NCBI GenBank assembly: GCA_040437565.1
Contig: JBDOQK010000003.1
Coordinates: forward strand, 372,001-436,000
Length of the DNA stretch: 64,000 bases
Source: Albugo candida
Taxonomy: Eukaryota
Reading direction: 5' to 3'
A program made the translations under genes and the position numbers. Position 1 is the stretch's first letter. Every line of letters begins with the position of its first letter. Below the pieces are notes generated by a model that worked only from the letters and a program-made list of their open reading frames with translations, did no database searches and was not told the DNA's origin. This document shows, one piece after another, positions 1 to 13,285 of the stretch.

Positions 1-3000
1 TGCATCGTGTATGACCAAACCTCGAAGCCAATTGGGATTGTAGTTTCCAAACCCGTGGGAAGAACGATTTGTGACGGACGACGATCATCTGCCGCTTGAT
101 GGGACACTGTCAATTTATTACGACAAGAGACACTGATTGCACAGCCACAGCAATTACGTGTACGCTACATCACAAAGTGCATAGTATTAGCCGTTGCGCT
201 CAGCCAAAATATGGAAAAATTACTAACATGAATGTATTCCCTGATCTATGCAGCCGGAGCGATAAACACGATGCAACTGGATTTAGTGCTAAAAAGAAAA
301 GAATTGAGTCGCAACTTGCGATCCGTCGCAGGATCTCCAAAAAGGTTTTTTGTAGGTTTCGATTTGGAGCAAAGCGAACACAACGTCCGTTCACTCGGCT
401 CGATTTATTAGCAAGTATTTATATATCTATGATGGTGGACTCACAGAGAAATACTCTACACTCAGTGATGCACACGTAACTTGTGCGTAAAGGATAGCAC
501 ACAGCGCTTTATGTCCGCGTTTTTGCCACCAATCGAGCTATACGCCTGTAGTGTAGCAGTATACTATTGAGCACCGTAGCCTGCAAATCAGTGCACGATT
601 TTCCTACCAAGATAAAGGATAGCTCCGTTTCTCTCGAATAATCATCAGATGCGACGAATGTTAATGCTATGACACTTCGACTTTTTTTCGAAATTATTGC
701 TGTGATAAATGAGTTCATTTGAGACTGATCAAAGTATAGAATTCAGCTAGAAAGATAGATGAACCTGTAGGATCTATGAATCTGACTAATCTATTGGTCG
801 CCGGATAATCCGTTCGAAAGAAGTAGGAAGCGCATATGAAAAAAACAGGACGTCCTTCTCCAAGCACAAAACAAGCTTGACTTGCGTCTTCATTTATCAA
901 GACTACTAGTGACTACGACAGATTATCGTATCTCGCTCTTTTCGGTCGTCCCACGTTCTTCTTCTTCTGCGATTGCGCCTGATGTAAACACGATCTATCT
1001 TTTTCTTTTCTTGTCTTTGGATGTGCTTTCTCATTGTTCCCGAATCGCGAACGAATGCGATATATTGGAGGTAATTTAAAGGATTAATAACACCTGGAAT
1101 GAGGTTTACCTTACACTAAGCAAAGCAAAATGGATTCCATACTTGACAACTTGTGCTTACGCATGAGCGCTTTAAGTCTAGAAGAGAAACTAAGTCACAG
1201 TGTGAGCATAATCAATGCGCGTCATGTAAAAGATGGTTTCATCCTTCCGAGCAGCATTAATTGAGCAAAGAGAGAACTATCCTACCGCGAACTAGATGAC
1301 CTTTTGTTAAGTGTTCTTACATACAAAAAGGATCTTATCATAACGTCACGTCAGCTACGAGCGCACTCCGATCCCCCCGTACAATACGGTGCATTGTCTG
1401 AGCTTTCTACCTGACGTCTCCGAAGAGGCTTTTCTATGAGTGATACAATCTTCCGTAATATATGTTTTCATAGCATTCTGATCATTCTTCGCACTGATAT
1501 AATGCTGCTTCATAAAGATGCGTCTTTGCTCAGAAGCTGAAAGAATGTTATCAAGGAGGAGCTGCCTCGGAATGTGGACGATGTGAGCATAGTTGTAAAT
1601 TAGGCGAATGGATAAAGCAAAGTACATGTTTATTTCCAGGTAGAGCACGCTGCAACGCAATGTACTGGCGCCAGCCTTTTTAAATTAGCCGATCATCGCA
1701 CTTTGCTAGTAAGATTCAAATGTAGTATGCTTCCATAAAGTACATCGAGTTCGTAGACGTCTTTCTTCCCTGCGCATGTGCTTTTTCTTGCTCCCTCTAT
1801 TACAAATGCGATACTCGCATTTTTACCTTGAGACATGTTTTTTTGAGAAGAGAAATCTACTGAACTTGACAGACTTGGAGAAACGCAATGATCATCAAAT
1901 GCGGCAGTACATGAGGCTAACGAGTATTCAACCCTTTCTAGTCCTTTGCAGCGCCTGATAATAGGTGCGATTGCCCATATTCTTGGTCCATAGCTGCCTC
2001 TGTAAGCCGAGAAGCTCTAGTAAACGTTGAGAATACATGACTTGAAAACGCCAAGAAATCGGTGGATGTGCAAAGACGGACATGTATGCAGCATAATTAG
2101 CGTGGGCTGGTATGTGACTGGACACAAATGCATTCCGAACTTTATCGCTTCAGCAACATGTACGATATAGCGAGAGCTACCATTGGGTGGACAACAGCAT
2201 CTGGTTTATGTGCAAAAAATGCACACACAAAAGGATCAAATGCTTCGGGCTAGAGAATAGTTCGATTCCGCGTTAATTTAACGACCTCATCCATTGTCGA
2301 TGTCAGCTTGGCCGTCTCGAAAAGCGCAAGCATCAGCCAAACGCGGACCAATTCAGTATCCATGTCTTACCAAGAACAGCACGAGATTCAAAATGTTAGC
2401 AGAAACATAACGTGAGGGTAGCAGTCGACCTCCCGAATTGCGTTCCTTGAAGCGATCACAGATAACGAGATTACGAATTCTGAGGTGCCATTTGCCACTC
2501 TGAACACATTGCTTCAACGCAAATTATCTCCACATCGATCCTTCACTTTGATCGCCAAGCTACAATTTCAAAAAAGTGGGTACTTGAGATCGTCTGAGTC
2601 ACCAAGAAGCATCATGTTCGCTCAATCAGAGCACTTATGAAGTCTTCACGCCTCTTTTATTGTCAAATGCGGCAACATGCGAGCAATGAAAGTCATATAA
2701 AATGAAGCATGTATTGGTCATGAGATTCACTCAGTCAACTTGCTAAGCTTCATCTTGATCTAACTCACAAGCCATTAAGCAAGATGCTTATAGTGCAGTG
2801 ACTCCTACTCTGTGATGTCTGTCACAGAGCGTCCGATAGTATACATTTCATTTCATGTTGGTTCGTGCAGTCTTCTATGTATTTTGATGTAAAAACACTT
2901 GATGTGAAAAAGCTAGGCGATGGAATACCGAGGATGAGATTTGCGCAGAGCTTGATGATGCCACATACTTTGATTTGTTCGCATCTCTGGTCCTGCATAG

Positions 3001-3177
3001 AAAATCAGTAGAAAGAGACATGATCTGAAGTCAAAGAGGACTGCGCGAAAATATGATTGCTGCACTAGAAACTGAATTTGAAAAGTCAAACTGCAATACT
3101 TCTGTGGAAATAGAGTAATATTCTAGAATATAGCTTGAAACATATGCTAGAGTCTTTATACTGAGCATACCTCTTTT

Positions 3178-6100
3178 TCAGCTTTGCCGTAAGAACTCTA
3201 TGGCATCAAGACTTTTTCTTAATGCAGTCAACTCAATCTTGAGTTTCGCTAAGCGATTCGAAGATTGTGCCTGGACATCCTCTGGCACTTGAGATGCATA
3301 ATGCGGTTGCTTTACTTGTAACGTGAGCTGATCGATGGTCATCTTGCATTTTCCGAGTCTCTTTTCGAGACGTTCTGCTTCAGCTGCTACACGACCCATA
3401 ATATCCTTGGATTTTGGTACCGGAATTATAACTGAACAAGCAAAGATATAAGCGACCTTCTTGCATCAGGCCTTGCTTACCTTGGCATTTGTTCGTAGCA
3501 TTGTAGGTCAAAATGGCCTCCCTGTCAGCAAACTTTTCAGTGTCCCATTTGAGGTGGATGACCACTTTTGCTTGTGATTCAAGGCTGTGCTTATACTGTT
3601 GCAGCATTCGTAACATTTCGATGTCTTTGCACGCTAAAAGCACATCCCTTACGAAACCAATGATCAGATCTCCAATCTCACATAGCTGGATGTATAATGT
3701 GCACATACATCTTGTTCGTGTTCAGGCCAGTCACTTTTCTAAATGTTTGAACGAGCGAGCGAAGCCCACGCAATATGTCCAGCACAATCTATCACAAGTG
3801 TGTAAAGTCGGTTCAAGAAGCATTCAAGTACGTACCTCAAAGCTAGTCTCAGCTCTGACATCGATCCAGAATTTGGAATTTTCTTTTGTGGGGTACGCAG
3901 CCGAAAGAATGGAGTTCAAGTCGCTCGTTTCTGAAGTTTTATATAGGTTCAAGCGTTGCCTAAAAGGACAGTATGAGCTTGAGAACGTGTTGATATCGAA
4001 TCGTACCATAACTCCTCTGTCAAGAATGGTGCAAATGGATGTAAAAGGCGCATCGAACATTCCAGACATTCTAAAAGAGTTGTTAAAGCGCATTGCTTCC
4101 GCTTCTTTGCATCGCAGTCCGATGCACTTGTGTCGGTATGACTTTGATACAAAATTGATTTGCTGAATTCAATGTAAACGTCACAAAGATCTTGTACGAA
4201 AAATTGTTGGATTGCTGCAACGCTTGACGCAAAGCGGTTTGTCGAAAGTCCCAAATTGCATGCTTCCACACTACGAGCCTATATGTCAGCCACGTGGCTC
4301 AAAATTATGATTCCCATACATCTCGTAAACAGCACTCACCAATCGACTCAAAATCCATCGATCGCTAATTGTCATTTGATCCCTTAAATCTTCGAGGGCA
4401 ATCCTTTCTGTCAGACATTGATCGTTCGCTTTTAGTAGAGGTAGAGCGTATCGCACTGCATTCCATATTTTGTTGCAAATATGGCGATACGATATCACGC
4501 GATTTACATCCATGTTGATTTGACGACCTGGAATTCGAATATTGATTGAAAAGGGATCCAGAAAAGGAAAATCATGGTCAACCTTGCTGTAAGTATGAGG
4601 TCAGTGTCAAGCGTAATGCGTCAGCGCCACACTGCGGAAGTCCATTGGGAAACTCTTGACGTAAAGTTTTCTCGGCAATCTCACGCTCTCTATCAGGGAG
4701 ATTCCCATGCTATTTGTACGCTTGTGCATCAGCATCCAGCACTTTGCTTGCAGTAAAATCTGTACCTTCACTTCATGAAGCAATTGTTCCAGCGTGGCTC
4801 CATGGATCACATGCAACGGATCCATAACATTTCCAAGACTTTTCGACATTTTCCGACCACTTTTATCTCGTACCATTGGATGGAGGAGAATCTTCTTGAA
4901 TGGAATTGTTCCCGAGAGCTGATACTCGCAGGTGAGAAACTACCACATATGACCACATCGCGTTGTACCTCTTCGCAAAGCATCATCATCCTCGCAACCC
5001 AAAAAAACAGTATGTCAGATCCAGTCTCCATTAGTGATAATGGGTACGGTCCCTGTTTTCCACGTTAGCTGTAGTGTTATGATTCCAGAAACCATCACTG
5101 CAAAACCTCACACCTACATTCGAAGAGAGTGGGAGCAAAGCTGAACTGAACCAAGTGTCCAATACATCTTCATCCTGAACCAAATCGGCTTCAACAAAGG
5201 GTTGCTTGTATTTCTTTTCAGCTTGGGCAAGAGCTTCCTCAACAGAGGCCGCTACGATCCATGCATCATCATGATCAACATTCGAAATTCCCTGACTTTG
5301 CACTCGATAAGCCGGAATACGATGACCCCACCAAAGCTGTCGACTGATACACCAGTCGTGAGCATTATCGAGAAAGTGAAACCACGTGCTCATGTGATGC
5401 TTGGGTTCTATGTCAACAATTCCTTCACGGACATTGCTGGAAGCTCTCTTAGCCATGGCGTGCACACTTATAAACCATTGCGGCATCAATAATGGCTCGA
5501 TCAAATCACCCGACCTAGAGCATACCCTTATTGTGGTCGGATGATTTACCTACTTGAAGATTGTGAGCAAGTCACAAGATCGAGACTAGAAGACGGCTGT
5601 ACCTTGCCAACATATAAGTTCATTCGTTCAAGATCTTCAATAACTTGAGTGCGAGCCTTAAAGCGATCTAAGCCGAGATATTCGGATGGAACTTGCCCGT
5701 ACATGCATCCTTTCTGGTCCAGAACGGGTCGTTCCGGTAATTCATGACGTTGACCGCACTCAAAGTCATTTGCATCATGTGAGGGAGTTACTTTAACAAC
5801 GCCTGATCAAATCAGAGTGCTGATAGTGCTGCACATTGACACAAGATTAGTCTTACTGACCTGTGCCTAATTGCATATCGACAAGCGTATCATCCAAAAC
5901 GATTGGAATTCTATCCTTCGTGAAAGGGTGAATGACATGACCTCTATGGAAGGCTTCGTATCGAGCATCTTGCGGATGAATCGCGACGGCTACATCGCCA
6001 AATATCGTCTCAGGTCGAGTTGTATCAACTTCGAGGTATGTTCCAGGGTGACCCGCAACCTAGGAATAGATTCCCATTAGTATCACCTGGCTGCCAATAT

Positions 6101-6984
6101 TGTCTTGCTACAACCTCGTATCGGATACGATATATGACACCAAATTCCACTGAGGTCATTGATCCTGGAAGAAGTATTCTCGTAGGCTTTTCAATACTTT
6201 TCAATTCGACCTCAACATCGGATAAAGCTGTATTTAGAAAAGGACACCTCGGATGCTTCTTAGTGGTTTGACACGAAAAATGCGCTGCTTCGTGCATACC
6301 AGTTGATCATTCTCCTCTGCCTGAAAATCAATCCTTTCTCATACAACTGAACAAATGCCATTTTGACAGCATGGGACCTAGCAGACAATGTACGAATAAG
6401 GAATCAAGCATCATTCTCATATACACATACCGCTTCTCATCAAGAGTAAAGTATAGTTTCTGTCTGTCTAGCCTAGTTCCTAATTGCTCCATTTGATCAA
6501 GAATGCGGCTACCAAAGCGCTTCTTCCAGGACCATGTATTTTGAATGAATTCTTCTCTTCCCAAATCATGTCGCTTTACATCTTTTTTGAGAAGGTTACG
6601 TTCCACCACACTTTGTGTTGCGATTCCAGCATGATCAAGGCCGGGAATCCACGATACGTTCTTTCCTTGCATGCGATGCCATCGTATCAAAGCATCCTGT
6701 ATGGTGACCGTCAGTGCATGTCCAATATGCAGGGATCCTGTTATGTTGGGAGGTGGAAGTAGCAAAGAGAAGAGTCTTTGCGACGTCTTTTGCTTGCCCG
6801 AATCACTAAGCTCTTGCTGCCAAAACTGAGTCCAACCACTCTCCACAGCAATTGGATCATAGTTTGCTGCGAGTGGCTTTCTCCTCACTCTTTCATATAT
6901 AGAATCAGGCAAGGAAAACAAAGATCGATGAAAACGTGTAGGTTCTTTTAGTCGCCAGCAAGTAGCTCGTCGACACCACTGCAT
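3178..6984 (-). CDS. VARS: Valyl-tRNA synthetase, multi-exon, probably mitochondrial
   Basis: Consecutive minus-strand ORF pieces carry class I ValRS motifs: [15 protein letters not shown] (HIGH), [70 protein letters not shown] and a C-terminal coiled coil. GT-AG introns lie between the pieces. The N-terminus is Arg-rich and presequence-like. Exon borders are not fully resolved. Confidence 0.95.
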
Positions 6985-8369
6985 TTATTCCGTACTTAGC
7001 TCCGTACTTATGCTGCCAGCATGACAAGCATGCGTTATCATTGTAACTATGCATTATAGCAGTGCCTGTTAGCATTTCATGCGGAAATAAACAAAACTTT
7101 TCAAAGTAAGAAGTAACGGATTACGAGAATCAAGCATAGTATATTGCGATGCATCCAAAGGGTAGAATTGCCCATGCATTCGCCTTGTATTATTCAGCTT
7201 AACCAGACAATGACTGATGGATATATTCGTCTCGGGCACCGCTATTATGGTATACTTTTGTTATCCATGTGACTATGTGTGGACCTAAGGCAGACCAGCT
7301 GTACATATAAGCTACTCATTTTCCTGACAAGTGGTTTCGATACTGATTATCAGTGCCCACGTTGGACACTTCCTAAGTTTTGATTACGATCAATCGGACC
7401 GGATAGAGCCAGTATGGCTCGTTGAATGCATCTGTTCCTTCAGAATAGACAACAACAAGTAGAACCATGTCCCTCGACTCATTTGGAATCTCGCATTCAA
7501 AGTAGTGTTTTTCATATCTCACTTTGTGACATTATTGCTAACAAGATTACATCTATCGCAAGCATGGATATACCCGTTAATACTACTATACTTCATTATT
7601 TATACGTGAATTGAAGGTGGTGAATGATGGGAATAGTAATTTAGGCACATTCACCTTAAAGGATCCTAATAGGAAACTAAGAAAACAGCGTAGTATTATA
7701 TCAGAGAACTGAGGGAAATGTGTTGAAATCTACCAAACAAGTAAGAAAATAAGGCAAAGTGTTGGAGTTTAACAACAAACGAAGGGAGACGCGTTGGATT
7801 GTATCAGAAAAGCGGGGAATAGCGTTAGATTATTTTCATCAAGAACCTTTGTTTGAGGTCTATCAGNNNNNNNNNNNNNNNNNNNNNNNNNNNNNNNNNN
7901 NNNNNNNNNNNNNNNNNNNNNNNNNNNNNNNNNNNNNNNNNNNNNNNNNNNNNNNNNNNNNNNNNNCTATCAGGAAACAGAGGTTATTAAGAATGGGATT
8001 CTCATGGACAGGCGAATCCACAGAATTCTCTGTCGAGAGAAAGCTCTATTTTTGCTGATATCATTTGAGTCTCTCTTATCATTTGTGAATATGACTCTTT
8101 TAATGCACCCGACACTCAGCGCTGAAATGTTAGGCTTCGTTACATGTGCAGGGTTCTGGTCTTTTCAAAGTTGTCGCGTTTCAGTGTACCCGGAAATGAT
8201 TACATTGTGCAGTTTTACTATACCTGCTATATCGGTTCCAATCGTCTAAACGTTGAATGTTCCCGCATGTCCATCATTTCATCCCCGGAAAAGCAAACTT
8301 GGCAATGTAAGTATTTTCATTTCTAATACACTCTCGACTACTCACACCGTATCAAACCAATTGTTCAAA

Positions 8370-8821
8370 ATGGTTCGAATCAATTCTCACAGATTGGTAT
8401 TTGCCGCATCCGTATCGCTCCTCTTTGCTGGACAGCACCCAGCGCGGGGGCTACAAGCAAGTCCAGAAATAGAAAAGAACATTAAAGAATACCAATCTGA
8501 ATTGGAGTTTGCTGAAAAAAAACTAGCATCTGTTGATAGCCAAATCAAAACCGGTAATGTAACATTGTCCATCAATCGGAAGCTCGAATTATAATTTTCT
8601 TTACAATGTGATTAGCACCCTTCGAGAAAAAAAAACGTCTTGAAGAGGAGAAGGAGGCATGCAAGTACCGTATTGGCGAGATAAAGCATAAACTCGGCGT
8701 ATGGAAGAAGGAATCTCCCTCCGGTGTTAGCGGTTATAGCACTTCTACCGGTTCCAATACCGACGACTTCCCCGAAGGTCCAATTGATGATGCTTGCTCC
8801 GGAACCCCGAATAAGCTATAA
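8370..8821 (+). CDS. Small putative secreted coiled-coil protein (129 aa, 2 exons), candidate effector
   Basis: ATG at 8370 begins a hydrophobic N-terminus (MVRINSHRLVFAASVSLLFAG). Removing a 62-nt intron at 8554-8615 (GTAATG...ATTAG) gives an open frame ...SQIKTAPFEKKKRLEEEKEACKYRIGEIKHKLGVWKK...GTPNKL* ending at TAA 8819-8821. Confidence 0.7.
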
Positions 8822-9015
8822 TCATCCAAAATACATAGTTTTGTTTGGCCCCTAAACTTGTGGCAATTTGTTTCAGTGACCTTGCTACTACTGTATTGTC
8901 CGTGTAAAATTAAAGNNNNNNNNNNNNNNNNNNNNNNNNNNNNNNNNNNNNNNNNNNNNNNNNNNNNNNNNNNNNNNNNNNNNNNNNNNNNNNNNNNNNN
9001 NNNNNNNNNNNNNNN

Positions 9016-10353
9016 CTCGCTTAACGGATAATCGAGCGGACTAATCTCTATCGACAGCATTGAATGATTCTACGATTCAGTATTGATGTCTCGTCCCGAC
9101 CGACACTACCTAGCGTTCTATCTCCTTTACATCACCGTCACTAGCTGGACCTATACGTCAAAACCCAGATATTGTCTTTATAAATCACTTATCACAGAGA
9201 ATAGAGCTGCGGAATCAATTGCGGTCGGCGATCCGATTCCAGGAAGATTCTGAGTGTATTAAGATATGATGTGGGTCGAGATTTATTAGGACAAGATCAG
9301 TAGGCAAAGTGCCGAAATGGTCTGCTTCGTGTTACGTCTAAAAGAGTAGAATTTATTCCGTTCGATGATCCCAGATACGTCTTCACTTCTAACGTCTTTA
9401 ATTAGTTTGTCACAAACGAGACAAATTGGGTTACATAAGCAAACATAACCGAGGACAAAAAAGCTTTCTGCTCCTTCTCCTAATACGTAAGGGAATTTCA
9501 ATGTCATCTGAGCCTGCTTTAGAGCTGTTTTGTGATCTACTCAGTCTGATGAGCACCTAGGACAGGGCTTAAGTGTGTGGCCGAGCTTCGAGACACTGGA
9601 AAAAGGTGCTTCGCGTCAAAATGTTAATTTTACACGCATCTGATCCCGCAAGGACGACTTTAAGAGCAGGAATTTTGTAGCGCAAAGGTTTATCTAGGTA
9701 AATTCTCGAGGACTAGCAACAAAAGACTGAGATGCAATACGGAAGGCATAGAAGAGATGGAGTGTTACAGCGCAAGAAATGCAAAAGCGTGTATGATAAG
9801 ATCGTTACCTGGAGACGCGGCCAAAATCCCTCGGTGCAAAGTCACTCACTCAATTCCTGATCCCACTGCTTGACAGTGCTTCACCGCACAAAATCGACAA
9901 CGCACCAGTAGCTCATGCCAGACGTATATGACACGTCGAGACATATTCTGAATGATGGAGTTATTACGTCGTATGTGAGATTATCAACATCAAGCGGAGG
10001 GTTATGTTTGAGTTGAACCGATTCAAAAGACGCTTCCTTTCTATTTGAAAGTGACGTCGGATGAACAAACTTTTCCGATGACGTTTTCATTTTGTCCCTT
10101 TTCACTAAAATGCTCTAGGAAAATACATTGACATGATGAAATCTGCCTACCTTCCTGGTGGGTTGATTCATACTATTCCTTTATATTGACAGGCTAAAAG
10201 ACAAGTGCACTGAATCGTTTGAAAAGTTGATCAGGAGAAGCATTCCATGGTTTCCGTATGGCAAATGCCGTAGTGACAGAACCGTCGATCCCTGCAGGTG
10301 CATACGATTACGATTACTTGACTGTCTGATATGTAATAGGTGTCATCAAATTA
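9016..10353 (+). repeat. Copy A of a diverged inverted duplication (partner 19870-21175); stop-riddled relic sequence
   Basis: Reverse-complement match to 19870-21175 with substitutions and indels (extra ~34 bp near 10111-10144). The ORF track shows near-identical 74-aa ORFs at 9881-10105 (-) and 20084-20308 (+). Confidence 0.9.
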
Positions 10354-11555
10354 ACTGGAGGCTTGTTTCACTATAGCTTGGATCTTCTTGAAAAGTCTAT
10401 AATCGCAAGTTGATTCAAAAGCGTTCATATTCCCATTTTGTCGTTTGCAATCAGCTGAGAGATAGGCGAATTTCTCTCCATGTCGCACTTACTTTGCGAC
10501 TGCCAAAAGTTGAGTGTTTGATATCTACTACTTACTTGGAGTCTATTGGGATGCGAAGACTGACGAACGCTGACTTCCTACCCTGTTGACAAGGCTTGAA
10601 GATGAGGTTTACAATCTGTTCGCAAATACACAAGATTCTCAGCATTTCCTCATCACGTCCCAATTTTGAATCTTTGACGCATCTTCCAACAGTTCATGGA
10701 CCCAGCAAAACCATCTCTGCTGCCACTTGTATCTATTTGGACCATCCAGCCAGCAAATTTAAATTTTTTTAGCATACACCTCACGTCACTTGAACACTAC
10801 GAGTGAGCCACGATCAACAAGAGTTCAACGAAGAAGACTATTTGAAAATGGACCACATGATGGAAACGCCAATATTTCGACTGGAAATCATCAAACTCGC
10901 CGGCTCACTCACCAGGTCCAAGCAGACAAATTGAGGTTGTCTCTATGCGATAACCTTGCGAAGAGGAGGGACCGCTCGATCCAACACCGATGTAGCATCA
11001 AGGGAATGGGCCAAATCGAGTCATAATCTCGACAGCGAGCGATATGAAACTTGAACGTAAGCCAATCGCGACGCAAAGATAAGACTTGTTGGGCCGTTCA
11101 CAAAGTGAGAAAATTGTATCTTGCGGCAATTTCGCTGACCCAACAAGCGTCAACGAGGAATGGGCAGAACGTACAAGTAAATCTTTCTTGCTAGACTAGA
11201 AAGTCACTCGGTGAATGACTTCGTGTTCCAGAGTGGCAGAAGTGATGAACCCGACATCGCCGGGATTTCTAGCAAGACGATAGTATTTGGCAAACATAAT
11301 CGCGGAAACGATGCAACGTTCACTTACTATTCTTTTTGGCACGATGAAGCAAACGATACAGGCTTCTATGTTCCTGGGAAGTGTGGTCGAGTACACAGAT
11401 ATCGACTTCTCATGCGCTTAAATGGCCCGTGCACACGAAAGAAGACTTCACACAAGAAGATAGATCAAACAATATATCTTATTGCACAGCATCTGTACTG
11501 TGGTCCCAGCAGTAAGAGAAGCAAAGACAGGAGATCGAATCAGCGGTATGATGGG

Positions 11556-12030
11556 AGAATCCACGATACTTTCATTCCTTGCATGCGATGCGATCGTATG
11601 GAAGCATACTGTATGGTGACCGTTAATGCATGTCCGGTATGCAGGGATCCCTTTATGTTCGGAGGTGGAAGCGGCATCGAAACTCTATTTTAGACGTCAT
11701 GTGGTTTCCCGAATCACTTAACTCTTGCTGCCGAAATTGGGTCTACCCACTCTCTACAGCAACTGGATCATACTTTGCTCCAAAAGGCTTCTTTCATATG
11801 AAGGGAACCAAAGACTGTAAATCGTGTAGGTTTTCTCAGTCGCTATCAAGTAGTCGTCGACGCCACTTCATATATTCCGCACTTAGCTCCGTACTACGCT
11901 GCCAGCATGACGCAAAGTCGAAGAATGCGTCATCACTGTAATCACTCATTAGAGCAGTGTCCGATAGTGTTTTCATACAAAATAGACACAATACTTTCAA
12001 GTAAAATGTAAACGGAATAGTACAATCACT
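11556..12030 (-). pseudogene. Degenerate copy of the 5' end and upstream region of the ValRS gene
   Basis: Colinear, diverged match to ~6646-7135 (e.g. ttccttgcatgcgatg...gtatggtgaccgt...gcagggatcc...ggaggtggaag; cttagctccgtact) with indels and no intact frame. Confidence 0.85.
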
Positions 12031-12208
12031 TGAACTAAGATGCATGGAGACGATTTAGCTTCCTGATAGAAGTGTATTCACCTTCTATTACAATGCGCGA
12101 AAGAAGGTAAATAAGACGCATACACGCAATGAGCGCGATAAATGCCATTATGACAGCACAACGACAATCGCCCTGGTATAGTGTAGTCACTCCATACTAT
12201 AAAGAAGC

Positions 12209-12514
12209 ATGGTTAGGAAAACTCGCACATTGCATCCACAACCGATTTTTGATCAGCGTCTGCTTCCTTCCTTTTTAGACCAAAATAAGTTCAAAAGTGT
12301 CCATGCCCAAGCAATCTGGCGTGACCTAACCAATAACATCAACCATAACTTTCACGAAATACCAAATTTGCCACTTCGATTGCAACAATCACTCCATGAA
12401 AAGTTTACAGTGTTTACACTTTCTTTATCGGAGAATCAGACTTCCGAAGATGGAACTATCAAGCTACTCTTCAAAACACAAGACGGACACGGTGTCGAAT
12501 CGGTTATAATGAAA
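12209..12514 (+). CDS. RlmN/Cfr-family radical SAM RNA methyltransferase, N-terminal part (truncated by gap)
   Basis: Translation HAQAIWR...FHEIPNLPLRLQQSL...TSEDGTIKLLFKTQDGHGVESVIM matches the RlmN N-terminal pattern (S-DGT-K-L---DG--VE-V). The CxxxCxxC motif would lie in the gap. Confidence 0.8.
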
Positions 12515-12614
12515 NNNNNNNNNNNNNNNNNNNNNNNNNNNNNNNNNNNNNNNNNNNNNNNNNNNNNNNNNNNNNNNNNNNNNNNNNNNNNNNNNNNNNN
12601 NNNNNNNNNNNNNN

Positions 12615-12879
12615 CTGACTTTCATTCGTGCTTCGTCAGCCATATACAGCGGACAATTTCGATTCGTACGCATGTGACCTACCTGGCCACACTGCGTGCA
12701 GCGTATGACTCCTTTGAGTTGGGCTGCAGAATTTGCCAACTGAGAGAGAGCTTCTTCTTCGCCCTGTTTTTGTAGTAACTCCTGATATCCTTTGTTCTCT
12801 TCTTCCGTCTTTTGCAATTGTTTTAGTCCTTCCTGCAATTGTTTTAGTCCTTCCTGCAATTGTTTTCGCTTCTTGGCTT
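12615..12879 (-). pseudogene. 5'-truncated inverted copy of the TAF1 3' region (zinc knuckle)
   Basis: Reverse complement of 19526-19769 plus an extra 21-nt tandem unit (LKQLQEG). Similarity stops abruptly at 12879. Confidence 0.85.
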
Positions 12880-13109
12880 GTGACTTTCGCGCTAACTAGT
12901 CAGGATATAAATCGACAGTTGCTTTCGCAGTCGACTAGGGCCGATTTGCTCGATACACTCGTACTTCTTCATAGCCCACTGAAGATAGGTACGCTAGACC
13001 TGTACGGAGNNNNNNNNNNNNNNNNNNNNNNNNNNNNNNNNNNNNNNNNNNNNNNNNNNNNNNNNNNNNNNNNNNNNNNNNNNNNNNNNNNNNNNNNNNN
13101 NNNNNNNNN

Positions 13110-13285
13110 TGCAATTGTTTTAGTCCTTCCTGCAATTGTTTTCGCTTCTTGGCTTGTGACTTTCGCGCTAACTAGTCAGGATATAAATCGACAGTTGCTT
13201 TCGCAGTCGACTAGGGCCGATTTGCTCGATACACTCGTACTTCTTCATAGCCCACTGAAGATAGGTACGCTAGACCTGTACGGAG
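13110..13285. repeat. Exact gap-flank duplication of 12834-13009 (probable assembly overlap)
   Basis: Identical sequence on both sides of the gap 13010-13109. Confidence 0.85.

Noticed and set aside
1..2700. Short ORFs on both strands, possibly a multi-exon or relic gene
   Set aside because: I could not build a consistent spliced frame or recognise any motif.
3513..4166. 217-aa plus-strand ORF
   Set aside because: Antisense to ValRS exons with no recognisable domain, so it is a shadow ORF.
12813..12866. 21-nt direct repeats as a possible CRISPR-like array
   Set aside because: There are no spacers; it is a coding heptad duplication in a TAF1 fragment in a eukaryotic context.
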